This document shows, one piece after another, positions 14,096-26,349 of a stretch of 64,000 nt of DNA. Source of the stretch: the human T2T-CHM13v2.0 reference genome, Homo sapiens; the NCBI RefSeq assembly GCF_009914755.1, contig NC_060931.1. One strand, given 5' to 3'. Each line of letters opens with the position of its first letter. Position 1 is the stretch's first letter. The notes below the pieces were generated by a model. It was not told the origin of the DNA. It worked only from the letters and a program-made list of their open reading frames with translations, and made no database searches. Both the position numbers and the translations under genes were made by a program.

Positions 14096-14619
14096 ATTCA
14101 AACATTCATGTGAGAAGGAAGGAGGAAAAGGAGAAAAAGACAAGAATGGTTTGGAGGAATACCTGTGCAGCTGGGGACCCTTTGTTGCTTTCACTCAAAT
14201 CTGAAAACAAAAAAAGTGATCCTAAGTGTTGGTAAGAACCTCAAATTTTTATGTTCCATGGTCTTACATGGAGTACAGATATCCTGTAAGTACAGATGTC
14301 CTGTTATAATGAAGAGATCATCATAGAAAGGTCATTGAGTCAGACTGAAGTTCAAGATGGCTAAAGTATAAAATTAAGGATATTATATAACAGAAAAATT
14401 CATCTTTTAAAAAATCCTTTACTTGAGTGCAAAGACATATGTATACCACTCCACTCTTTAGCATGACTGCCATAGTTCTCAAATAGGATCTGTGTAATCT
14501 GGCCTGGTAAGGCCATGCTGGGTAATTTGCACTGATCAATTTGATAAGCGTTAGACACAAAAAAGGACAGAGTTGAATAAATCCATTAAAAAAAAGTTTC
14601 TGCTCTCACAGCCCAGACT

Positions 14620-16050
14620 TTTACAGTGCATGCCATATGGCATTAATATCAATAAGAAAAAAATAATCAAGAAAAATTCTCCATAAATTTTGGAAACTAA
14701 AACACTTCTAATTAATGCATTTCTAAATAAAAAAGATGAACAAAGTCAAAAGCTGATTGTGTATATTGACTAATAAAATGTATAAATCATAAAAAAACCT
14801 ATTAAAATCAAGGGGAAGAAATAAATAATACTAAGAAGAGAAAACAACTGCATATACATATTTTTTTTAAAAATAGAATAGATTGAATACAGTGATGTCA
14901 ATAAATAAAAAATTTTATATTTCAAATTAAATTTCAGGAAATTAATAGATTTCCTAGGAAAAATATAGGGATTAACTGACTCAAGAAGATTTAATAAAGC
15001 CTGATCAGATATGTACTATTATATCAAATCAGCAATCACTGTCACTCATAAAACTGTAGAAGATCCAGGAAGTTTCAAAGTTGAGATTTTACCCAGGCTT
15101 CAAAAACAGGTAACTTCAAATATATGCAATTTCTCGTGTAACATATAAAAATAAGAAATGTGTATCAAATCCTTGTTCCGAGCTTAGTATAACTTTCACA
15201 CACCAAGATAGTACAAGAAAAGAAATATCTAGACCAACCTCTCTTATTAATATATATACAAAAGTTAAGATGAAATATTTGTACCATACATATGACATAT
15301 TTTTAATGCAGCATAACCATATAGTGTTTATCTTAGCATGAAGAAATGATTTAACAATAGAAAATTTAAAATGTAATTTGCCATATTAATAGATAGGATA
15401 GAATAGGAGGGAAACAGATTTGGAGAAAAATATAATTATCTTACTACCCACAGCAAAAGCACTTGATAAAATATAAAACTAATTAATTATATATTTTTAG
15501 CTTTAGTCTCAAAAAGGGTATCTCCCTAAACGTTACAAAATTTCACAGTTAATGGACAAGCATTATGATCAGGAATAGGGATATCCACTACCTCTTTATC
15601 ATTTCAATATTTTTTAGTAGTCCCAATCAGTCCAATAAAACATAAAGAATATATAAAACAGGTAAATATGGTAGACAATTTCTGGATGACACAATTATAA
15701 TCTCAGTTAAACTATTTGAACTATTTAAAGACTTCAGAAATATAGCTGGACACAAAGTTATGGAAAAATAAATAGCATTCTTGTATATTAATGGTAGCAT
15801 TTCTAAATTTTCAATAATTGGAAAAACCAATTTTAGAACAATGACTGTCATAATGTTTATAAAGTTATAAAGTTCAAAATTATCAAAAGATAATTTTGAA
15901 GAAAAAAGTTGGGATATAAATCTACCACATATAAATATTTATTACAAAGCTGTAGTAATTAAGATAATGCAAAAATGGTACAAAAGAACAGAGTACAGAA
16001 CTGAGAAGAAAACTCACATTTTATGGAAACATAGTACATTAAAAATATGG
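14620..16050 (+). mobile_element. Old L1M ORF2 remnant (part 1 of an interrupted L1)
   Basis: A-rich degenerate ORF2 motifs, e.g. attacaaagctgtagtaattaagata. Confidence 0.7.
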
Positions 16051-16714
<664 letters not shown>

Positions 16715-18258
16715 TTCTACCCAAGCCCCTCCCAAATCTCATGTTCTCACATTTCAAAATGAATCATGCCTTCCCAACAGTCCCCAAAAGTCTTAATTCA
16801 TTTCACCATTAACTCAAAAGTCCACAGTCCAAAGTCTCATCTGAGAAAAGGTAAGTCCCTTCCACCTATGAGCCTGTAAGATGAAAAGTAAGTTAGTTAC
16901 TTCCTAGATATAATGGTTGTACAGGCATTGGGTAAATACACCCATTCCAAATAGGAGAAATTAGCCAAAACAAAGGGGCTACAGGCCCCTTGTAAGTCCA
17001 AAATACAATGGAGCAGTCAAATTGTAAAGCTCTGAAATTATTTCCTTTGACTCCATGTCTCACATCCAGGTCATGCTGATGCAAGAGGTGGGCTACCATG
17101 GCCTTGGACAGCTCCATCCCTGTGGCTTTGTAGGGTACAGCCCCACTCCTGCTACTTTCATGGCTGGCATTAAGTGTCTGCAGCTTTTCCATGAGCACAG
17201 TGCAAGCTATTGGTGGATCTGAACCATTCTGAAGTCTGGAGGACAGTGACCCTCTTCTTACAGCTCCAGTAGGCAGTGCCCCACTGGGGACACTGTGGGG
17301 GCTCCAACCTCACATTTCCATTCTGCACTGCCCTAGCAGAGGTTCTCTATTAGGGCTCTGCCCTTGTAACAGACTTTGGCCTGGACATCCAGGCATTCCC
17401 ATACAACTTCTGAAATCTAGGCACAGGTTCTTAAACCTAAATTCATGATTTTTGTGCACTGGAAGGCACAACATCATGTGAAATCCACCAAGGCTTGGGG
17501 CTTGCACCCTCTGAAGCAACAACCTGAGCTCTACATTGGCCCCTTTTAGCCATGGCTGGGACACAGAACACCAAGTCCTGAGACTGCACAAAGCAGCAAG
17601 GCCCTGGGCCTAGCCCATGAAACTATTTTTTCCTCCTAGACATCCAGGCCTGTGATGGGAGGGGCTGGCATGAAGACCTCTGGCATGCCCTGGAGACATA
17701 TTTCCCATTGTCTTAGGGATTAACATTTGGCTCCTCTTTATTTATGCACATTTCTGCAGCCAGCTTGAATTTCTCTTCAAAATTTATTTTTCTTTTCTAT
17801 CACATCATTAGGCTGTGTATTTTCCAAATTTTTATGTGCTGCTTCCCTTTGAATGCTTTGCCACTTAGCAATTTCTGCTGCCAGATACCATTAATCATCT
17901 CTCTCAAGTTCAAAGTTCCATAGATATCTAGGGCAGGGGCAAAATGCTGCCAGTCTCTGCATAGCAAGACTGACCTTTACTCCAGTTCCCAGCAAGTTCC
18001 TCATCTCCATCTGAGACCACCTCAGCCTGGACTTTATTGCTCATATCACTATCAGCATTTTGGCCAAAGCCATTCAACAAGTCTCTAGGAACTTCCAAAT
18101 TTTCTCACATCTTTCTGTCTTCTGAGCACTCCAAGTCTCTAGGAAGTTCCAAAGTGTCCCACATTTTTCTATCTTCTTCTGAACCCTCCAAACAGTTCCC
18201 GCCTCTGCCTGTTATCCACATCTTTACAGCAGCTCCCCACTTCTGGTAAAAAAAAATC
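16715..18258 (-). mobile_element. THE1 internal region
   Basis: Collinear with the internal regions at 11932-13464 and 41819-43363. Confidence 0.92.
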
Positions 18259-18777
18259 TGTATTAGTCAGGGTTCTCTAAAGGGACAGGACTAATAGGAT
18301 AGATGTATATATAAAAAGGAGTTTATTAAGGAGTATTGACTTACAGGATCACAAGGTGAAGTCCCAAAATAGGCCATCTGCAAACTGAGGAACCAGGAAG
18401 CCAGTCTGAGTCCTAAAACCTGGAAAGTAGTAAGCTGAAAGTGCAGCTTTCAGTCTGTGGCCAAAGGCCTAAGAGCCCTTGACAAACCACTGGTGTAGGT
18501 ACAAGAGTCCAAAAACCGAAAAACTTGGGAGTCCGATGTTCGAGGGCAGGAAGCATCCAGCATAGGAGAAAGATGGAGGCCAGACGACTCAACCAGTCTG
18601 CTCTTTCCATGCCTGCTTTTATGCTGGCAGCTGATTAGATGGTGCCCACCCAGATTGAGGGTGGGTCTGCCTCTCCTGTCTACTGATTCAAATGTTAATC
18701 TCCTCACAGACACACCCAGGAACCATACTTTGCATTGTCCAATCCAATCAAGTTGACACTCAATATTAACCATCACT
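18259..18777 (-). mobile_element. MLT2A2-like HERV-L LTR in the 5'-LTR position of the THE1 element
   Basis: tgtattagtcagggttctct...ggagtccgatgttcgagggcaggaagcatccagc...caatccaatcaagttgacactcaatattaaccatcac; no THE1 LTR similarity beyond the terminus. Confidence 0.88.
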
Positions 18778-18890
18778 ATATAAAAATCAGTAAGAAAGAG
18801 ATACTTTACTTAAAAATTTTTGTTTAGATAATTGGAAAAAATAATTTAGACTCCTACTTCACCCAAAAATAAATTTGAGATGAACATAAT

Positions 18891-20449
18891 TAGGATAATC
18901 ACATAATATATTGCTTAAACCAGGAATGTTTTTAGTGAGAGTACTAAAAATAATTAAAACTATTTAAGTTTGATATAATTATTTGTAAATACTTGTTTTA
19001 AATTATTTTAGTACATTGGTGATTGACAATTTAGTTTTATACAAAAATATTTTCAAAAGTAAAATTCACTCCAAAAATAAAAATAGCATATATTCATGTA
19101 TTAAGCAGAAAAGTCTTTATATAAATTATCTTAACTGTAACACAAAAGAGAAACAGAATGATTATATTTTGATATTTACATATGTTAACTTTTTTACCTT
19201 ATAGGTGTCTAAAGCTGTATCATAGGTGCTATTATTCTTTTAAAATGTAATTCTAGTGTTTTTAATTTTTAATTCCCCTTTCTTAAAATTGTCTGCAACA
19301 TATTTCAAAGTTGTATTCTGGGGATAGTTCTCTATACACAATAGTATTCGTATTAAAAATACTTTCTGGCAAGGTCAGAATGAACTAAATTCACTCAATT
19401 ATCTCTCTTTTGCTTTCTTCCTTTTTTTTTGTACTACAATATTTTAACCACAGAATTTTGGGGGTGGTTTTTACCTCCCTTTGGAGGCTGTTTGTTTGCC
19501 AAATATTTTATGTAAAACAATGAAATTAGTTGCTTTAACTTAAGAATACTTTAAATTTTTAGCAAACTGAGATGTTGCAGAATTATGTCTTATCAATTTT
19601 ACTCCATTCCCAGAGAGTATAAATATATTTAATTAAATTAGAAGAGCCATCAAAACATTCTTCCCATAAAATAAGAAAATGATATTTCAAAATTAAATCT
19701 TGTATACCATTTGAGGTGTCATTTATACTGTTCCTCTGTAGATTTTATAAAGACAAGCTTGTTTGCAAGCACTGTTTTTAAAAGTTTCAGTTTGCCAAAA
19801 TTCACAAATCCTGAACTAGTTTAGTACTCTTTTTGTAGAATACATGGATTAAAAATTTCCAAAATGATTTTGAATAAAATATTAGCAAACTTTACAAGAC
19901 AAATTTATAAAAGACAAATTTGTTAAAGTTGAATATGTTTATAGGACATCTAGTCAGATTTACACAGTAGATATTCAAAGGGTTAAATACTTATCTATTT
20001 GGTGATGATTAGCAAAGATACAAATCATGCATCTCACAGGCTATAACACAACTAGCAACAGAGTATAACACTTTTATAACACAAAACACTACAAGGAGTT
20101 AGTTTTCCCTGGTTCCTTATGTCAGAGAGCACTTCATTGCTAGGATATCCTTAAAAAAGGAGAACTGGTAACACTGCATGTAGAAAGGACTAAGAAAAGA
20201 AAGAAGAATTATGATTGGCCATCTTTCAGATTTATCATGGCTTAAAGTTGAGCTCTGTATATTATACTAGAAGATACTAGACAAAGCACTGACAGAAGGT
20301 GAAAATTTAAAGAGGGGGCCTGCTGAAGAAATAATGAGTTATTCTAATGAAACTATTAATCATAATACTTCATTATGTAATAAAAAATCTGGGAAAATTC
20401 TAAAACATTTGGAACCCTGTTAGGCAGAATGGGACATATGGTCTCCCTA
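18891..20449. mobile_element. hAT-Blackjack-like DNA transposon remnant
   Basis: Degenerate TIRs taggataatcacata... and ...gggacatatggtctcccta; host L1 resumes directly after 20449. Confidence 0.5.
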
Positions 20450-21685
20450 AAGATCTAAATATGTAAAACACAAACTTAAAATCTTTAGAAAAAATGTAGA
20501 AAAATATCTATTACTTTGGAGTAGAGACAAATAAATCAAAAAAGAGAAAAAAGCACAAAGTATAAAGAAAATTACTGACAAAAATAAATAAAACAGACCC
20601 AATGAAGACGGTGAAAAGAGAAGACACAGACAGCAGAAAGATATTTTCAAAATATATAACAGATAAATTTGGAGTATCCAGGTCATATGAAAACTCCTGC
20701 ATTCTACATGAAAAACACACAAACATCCCAATTTAAAATGGAATATATATATGTATATCTGTATGTGTATATATGTAGATATTTATGCATATATGTAGTT
20801 CTCATTTTTGTATATGTGAATTACAGAGTAAACATCAATGTCAACTAAATATGTGGAAAGATATTCAAATTCACTCATGGTGAGTGCATATTTCTAAAAG
20901 TCTGACAATACAAAGTATTGTGAAGGTATGAGTAAAGAGGATTTCTCACATGTAAAATGGTATTACTTTGAGCATAATTTGAAAATATCAATAAAATTGA
21001 AAAAGTACCTAATCAGCAATCTAGCATTTCTTCTTCTAAGCATATACCCTAAAGAATCTTTCAGGCGAGTACACAGAGATAAGTACAAACGTGCATTCTA
21101 TCATTAATTATAATAAGAAATAACTGGAAACAATCTAAATATCTTTTAATCAAAAAATTGATACATAAATTGTGGTTTATTTATAGGGCATAAAACCACA
21201 TCACTGCAAAGGTTATTACATTTGATTTATACATATATCAATACTACATTATTACAAAAGCAGCATTTATACCACATAAAATGTTTTAAAATTCATTCAT
21301 GTTAGCACATATAAATCGAGTTCTTTCATTTTAGCTGCTGTAGGATTTCCATAATTATGTAATTTGCATTTTCCACTCAATATTGTTTTAAGATGATATG
21401 TAAATCATGATATATTCTGTAGAATTTTAAAACACATAAACCAGTTTTCTACTATTGTGAAAGATGAAAACATATTTGGTAACCTTAGAAACCAAACAGG
21501 CATGATACTTTTCAGGATTGTGGCAGAAATTAGAAAGGAAAGTGAGAGAATGAAATGGGAGAGGGGTACAAAGTGTCATGAGCTCAGTCTATAATGTTTT
21601 CTTTCTTAAAAAAATAAAATAAGGGGAAGAGGAAGAGATTTGAAGCAAATATGACAAAAATCTGTTCAATCTGGATGGTAGGTAT
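20450..21685 (+). mobile_element. Old L1ME remnant (continuation to 3' UTR)
   Basis: aagatctaaat...ctaagcatataccctaaagaa...ctggaaacaatctaaat. Confidence 0.75.
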
Positions 21686-22160
21686 TGACAAAGATTCTCT
21701 GCTTAAACAAACTTTAGTCAGGATCCTGACCCTTCTCCTAGGCCCATCTGTGCACTTCCTTGTAGAATGCAAATTTTAGCAAAGAGCCATACTAAGTCAG
21801 TTTAGTATGAAACCCCCACTCTTAGTATCCAATCACCATCAGTATTTGATTGGGTTTCTCATCCTCCACCATCCCCCAGGTGATGTCTGATTACCCTGGC
21901 CTGTCTTCAGCAAAGTTGGCTTACCCAGAATCTCCCTTACCCATGATGTCTCCTTTTAGTAATTTTCCAACCACTGACCCCCCTCCTGCTCCTTGACTAT
22001 AAGTTCCCACTTGCTCATGCTTTATTTGGAGTTGGGACAAATCTCTCTCCCACACTGCAAAATCCTATTCTGGTGGTCCCTATACAGATCACAGTGGTCC
22101 AGAATTAACTCTTTCTTACCATGCTTTACCAAGTATCATTGAATAATTTTTTCTTTAACA
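21686..22160 (+). mobile_element. MER31-type ERV1 solo LTR
   Basis: tgacaaagattctctgctt...ttttctttaaca; 4-bp TSD gtat/gtac; L1 3' end continues on both sides. Confidence 0.8.
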
Positions 22161-22499
22161 GTACATAGGTGTTTTATTATTCTCTGTGTTTTTCCGAATG
22201 TTTGAAATATTTCATTGTGTTTCAAACATTTTCGTATGAAAAATTTTTATTACTCAAATCAAGAATAAAACTATATATTCTGACATCTCCCTATGTAATA
22301 GGATATTAGTGTTCCCTTTTTAAGAAATATCTGCCCTTCGACCATTTTTAACATTGGGCTTTGTTTTAAATACTGAATTTCGGATTGCACTTATTCTTAT
22401 AAAGTAATAATTTTACATCTTGAGGTTTCTTTTCCAAAACAGTTTTTAAAAATATTTGCACAATTGCCTCACTGTTTAAATGGTCTTCATGAATGTTGC

Positions 22500-23330
22500 T
22501 AACAATTTTATACCTTGCTTCTCATTCATCAGTTCTTAATTTTGATATGTTTCATGAATGGCTGGTAAATTTTTCAAATAATTCTATTTTCAGAAATAAT
22601 ACAAGGTTTCTACAATTTCTAAGTCCTTGCATTTATAAGAGTATATTTCTATTTCTGTCTTACATGAACAGCAACATGGCTAGACATATAATTCAGGGGT
22701 TAGGCTGTTTTCTCCTCAAAATGCTATACAGTTGACCATCATTTACTAACCTTTAGGAATACAGAGAAGTGTTAAGCCAGTTTAATTTTTGTTTATTAAA
22801 GACTCTTAGTTTGTCTTCTGCTGCAAGCTTATAGTTTATGTTCTGTTATTTTGCAATTCAAGAAAGTTTTCCAGGATTGGCATTAATTTCTTTTATCATT
22901 AATTTTGCTTAGACCGTGGTGAACTTTTTGATGGGTATAATTTGCTCTGTTTCATCTTCAGGATGTTTCCTCCATTTATATTTCACATGTTTAAATGTAT
23001 TCCATTTAAGTGTTTTGGTTTCTTCCTTAGGAACATAAATATTTAATTTAATATTAAATTTCCATTGTATTGTCTTTCCATGGAGAATATTGTTTATTAC
23101 CATTTTAACTCATTATCTTATTTTATCCATCTCTGAGCTTTCCACGTTTCTACTCCATATTACTTGATTTGTTTTCTCTAATGTCAGTATTATATCTTAC
23201 TTCCACAGCAGCTTTTAATTTTGAGATTGCATTTTTGTATCTGTGATACTTTGTCTTACCTGAACAAACCTCATATTCATTTAAGCCTTTGCAGCCATAC
23301 CCAGCTCTCCAAGTTTTCTAACAAAGCAAA
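22500..23330 (-). mobile_element. Old L1/HAL1 ORF1-region remnant
   Basis: aacatggctagacatataattcaggggtt...ttctcctcaaaatgc antisense ORF1-like motifs. Confidence 0.5.
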
Positions 23331-23944
23331 TGTTGGGAATAGTTTTATTTCTGCTTAATCTCCATTTGGTTGCTATTAGCATCATTATCTGACACCTCCA
23401 CCCCTGGCATGGAATCGAGAATATTTGGTGATGTTATCTTTACCCAAATTTCCCAATGCCTAGTGGCACTCACTGTTATACTCTGATTGACCAGATAGAA
23501 TCTTCTCCTGTTCTCATGACAAGGTTCTCAGGCACTTTCAGTCAGTGCAGTAGGTAAAAATCTAATATTCCCACAATTCCTTACTGTTGCCAGGTTTTTG
23601 TCTCTTCCCTCATAAGTACACAACTTATTCAAAGGTGCAATATGCCATTTTTAGCAAATTCCTCCACTATTTATTGGAAAATATAATATTAGAACATAGA
23701 AAGGTAAGTAACAGTGGGGGAAGAATAAACTGGGTTCTCCTGGAAGAAGTACTCATGCAGTTTTAAACAGGCTGGTCAATCATCACTGTTTAAAATAAAC
23801 CTACCCAAATATGTCTATTGTGAGATAGAATCCAGAGAAAAAAGAATAGCTAAAATTTCCTTCTATCTACTTCTTGGGTAACAGACTGCTATGTCTCAGA
23901 GAATGTGTAAGTTAAATTTATGCCTCTCAATGAACTCTTTGATA

Positions 23945-24408
23945 TTGTTTTTAAGCATCTTTATTGAAATATAGCTGATATACAAAGAACTGTACCAATT
24001 TAAAGTATATAATTTGATGAGTTTTTATGTGTGCAAACACCCATAATGCCATCACCACAATCAAGGAAATAGATCTAACATGTTCCAAAGTTCTCATGTC
24101 CCTTTGTTTTGTTGTGGTTGGTTTGGCTTGCTTGTTTAGTTTGTTGTTGTTATTGTTGTTATTTTGGTGAGAACACTTAACATGAGATCTATACTTAACA
24201 AATTTTGAAGTGCACAATGCTGTATTATTAACTATAAACACTATGCTGTACAGCAGGTCTCTCAAACCTGTTCATCTGGCATAACTGAAACTTCATATTC
24301 ACTGAACACCAACTCCCCATTTCCCTATCCCCAACTCCTGGCAACCACTAATTTATTCTCTGTTTCTCTGAGTTTGACTATTGTACATTACTCATGTAAG
24401 TGGAATCC
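23945..24408 (-). mobile_element. L1MB-type 3' end
   Basis: ctttattgaaatatag...catcaccacaatcaag...ggtgagaacacttaacatgagatcta. Confidence 0.85.
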
Positions 24409-24443
24409 TCTGTTATAAGTCTGACCTGAGGTGCTTTGGTATT

Positions 24444-24829
24444 TGTATTAGTCCATTTTCACACTGCCATAAATAACTGCTTGAGACTGGGCAATTTGTA
24501 AAGGAAAGAGGTTTAATTGACTCACAGTTCAGTATGGCCTCAGGAAAATTACAATCATGGCAGAAGGCAAAAGGGACGCAAGGCACCTTCTTCACAAGGT
24601 GGCAGGAAGGAGAATGAATGTAGAAGGAACTACTACCATGCACTTATAAAACCCTAAGATCTCCTGAGAACTCACTATCACAAGAACAGCACAGGGGAAA
24701 TTCCCCCCATTATTCAATTACCTCCCCCTGGTCTCTTCCTTGACACGTGGGGATTCAGAGGATTATCAGCATTAAGGGGATTACAGTTCAAGAGGAGATT
24801 TTGGGTAGGAAAACAGCCAAACTATATCA
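24444..24829 (-). mobile_element. THE1D/MSTA-type solo LTR
   Basis: Both termini present; perfect TSD gtatt. Confidence 0.9.
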
Positions 24830-25271
24830 GTATTCTTTATTAGTAGAAGTCACTTCTGGATTTTAACATGAACTTGCCTGTCCAGCCTTTGTTTTTGGTT
24901 CTATTCTTTTTCACTTTTTTCTATAAGTTCACAGAAACCTTTGGGAGAGCCGATGTAGGGGCCTAGTAATTTGACTCCTGCTCAAACAATAAATCCAAAT
25001 TATTAACTAGTAAACTAATTTGCATATGCTTTAAAAAAATAACTGATATATTTTAAAAGTAAACTGGTCCAAAAGCAGAATTTTAAATAATTTCTACAAA
25101 GCAGATATATCCTCTCTGCTTGTATGTTCAAATCATGATCAAACTATGCTTTTGTTTCTGTAACTCCAGATATTTGAAATTGTAGAAAAAAAATTGATGA
25201 AAATCTGTGAAAATTTCAAATTCAAATTTATTAAAATAATGTAGGTGTTTAAACATATTAGTAATAAGCAT

Positions 25272-25633
25272 TGATATGCTTTGCTATGTCCCCACCCAAA
25301 TCTCATCTTGAATTATAATCCCCACAATCCCCAGGGTCATATGAGGGACCCAGTGGAAGGTAATTGAATCATGGAGGCAATTTCCCTCGTGCTGTTCTCC
25401 TGATAGTGAGTGAGTTCTCATGAGATTTGATGGTTTTATAAGCATCTGGCATCTCCTCTGCTGGCACTCATTCTTTCTCCTGTTGCCCTGTGAATAGGTG
25501 CCTTCCACCACGATTGTAAGTTTCCTGAGGCTTCCCCAGCCATGCGGAACTGTGAGTCAATTAAACCTCCTTTCTTTATAAATTACCCAGTCTCAGAAAT
25601 TTCCTTATACCAATGTGAGAACAGAGTAATACA
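25272..25633 (+). mobile_element. THE1D-type solo LTR
   Basis: tgatatg...taataca; TSD agcat/ggcat. Confidence 0.9.
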
Positions 25634-25769
25634 GGCATTATATCAATAGGTATGGTCATATCATGATATAGATTCTATTACAAATGATATACATATATAC
25701 ACACACATATATATATACACACACTCTTAACTACATACTCATGAGAATTTTACAATTCAACTTTTCAAA

Positions 25770-26345
25770 TTTATTAAGCAAACATTTAATATACCCTATG
25801 TGCTCTGAGAACTGAAAAGATGAAAGAGATAAAGTAGATAATTAGAAGTTTTTAATATTTTTACTACTGTGAGAAATGATGAAAAGAAGGAATGCAGTTT
25901 CCATTCACTAAGTCATTTTGTTTGCAAATATTTGATGCCTATAGTGTGCCAAGTACTGTGCTAGCACTGTACCTGGTACACAGTGGGAAGAAAATATAGT
26001 CGCTCCCATCATGGGGGAGGAATGGGACTGGGAAGGAGGGAAAGGCACATATTGAGAGTCATCAGAGAAGTGTTACTACTAAGATGATATATAAAAGATG
26101 TAAAAACCCAGCAGAAGAGAAAGACTCTGATTTAAGGAAAAGCATAGCATAGCATAGGAGTCAAATGCAGCCTAAAGAGTAGGGATTGGGAGAGTCATAG
26201 TGGATGCAGTTGAAAAAGCAGCAGGAGTCAGACCATACATGGCCACATAGGCCAAGAGAAAGATGCTGGCATTCTTCTTAAAGTGTAATAGGAAGCCATT
26301 GAAGAATTTTAAGCAAGTAATGAGATGTATTTTGTAGTATAGCAG
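25770..26345 (-). mobile_element. L2 (resumes at about 28740-28920)
   Basis: tgcctatagtgtgccaagtactgtgctag; ggaagccattgaagaattttaagcaag. Confidence 0.7.
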
Positions 26346-26349
26346 AGGG

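Noticed and set aside
22197-22230. 11-bp inverted repeat aatgtttgaaa/tttcaaacatt
   Set aside because: Short and AT-rich; expected by chance or slippage.
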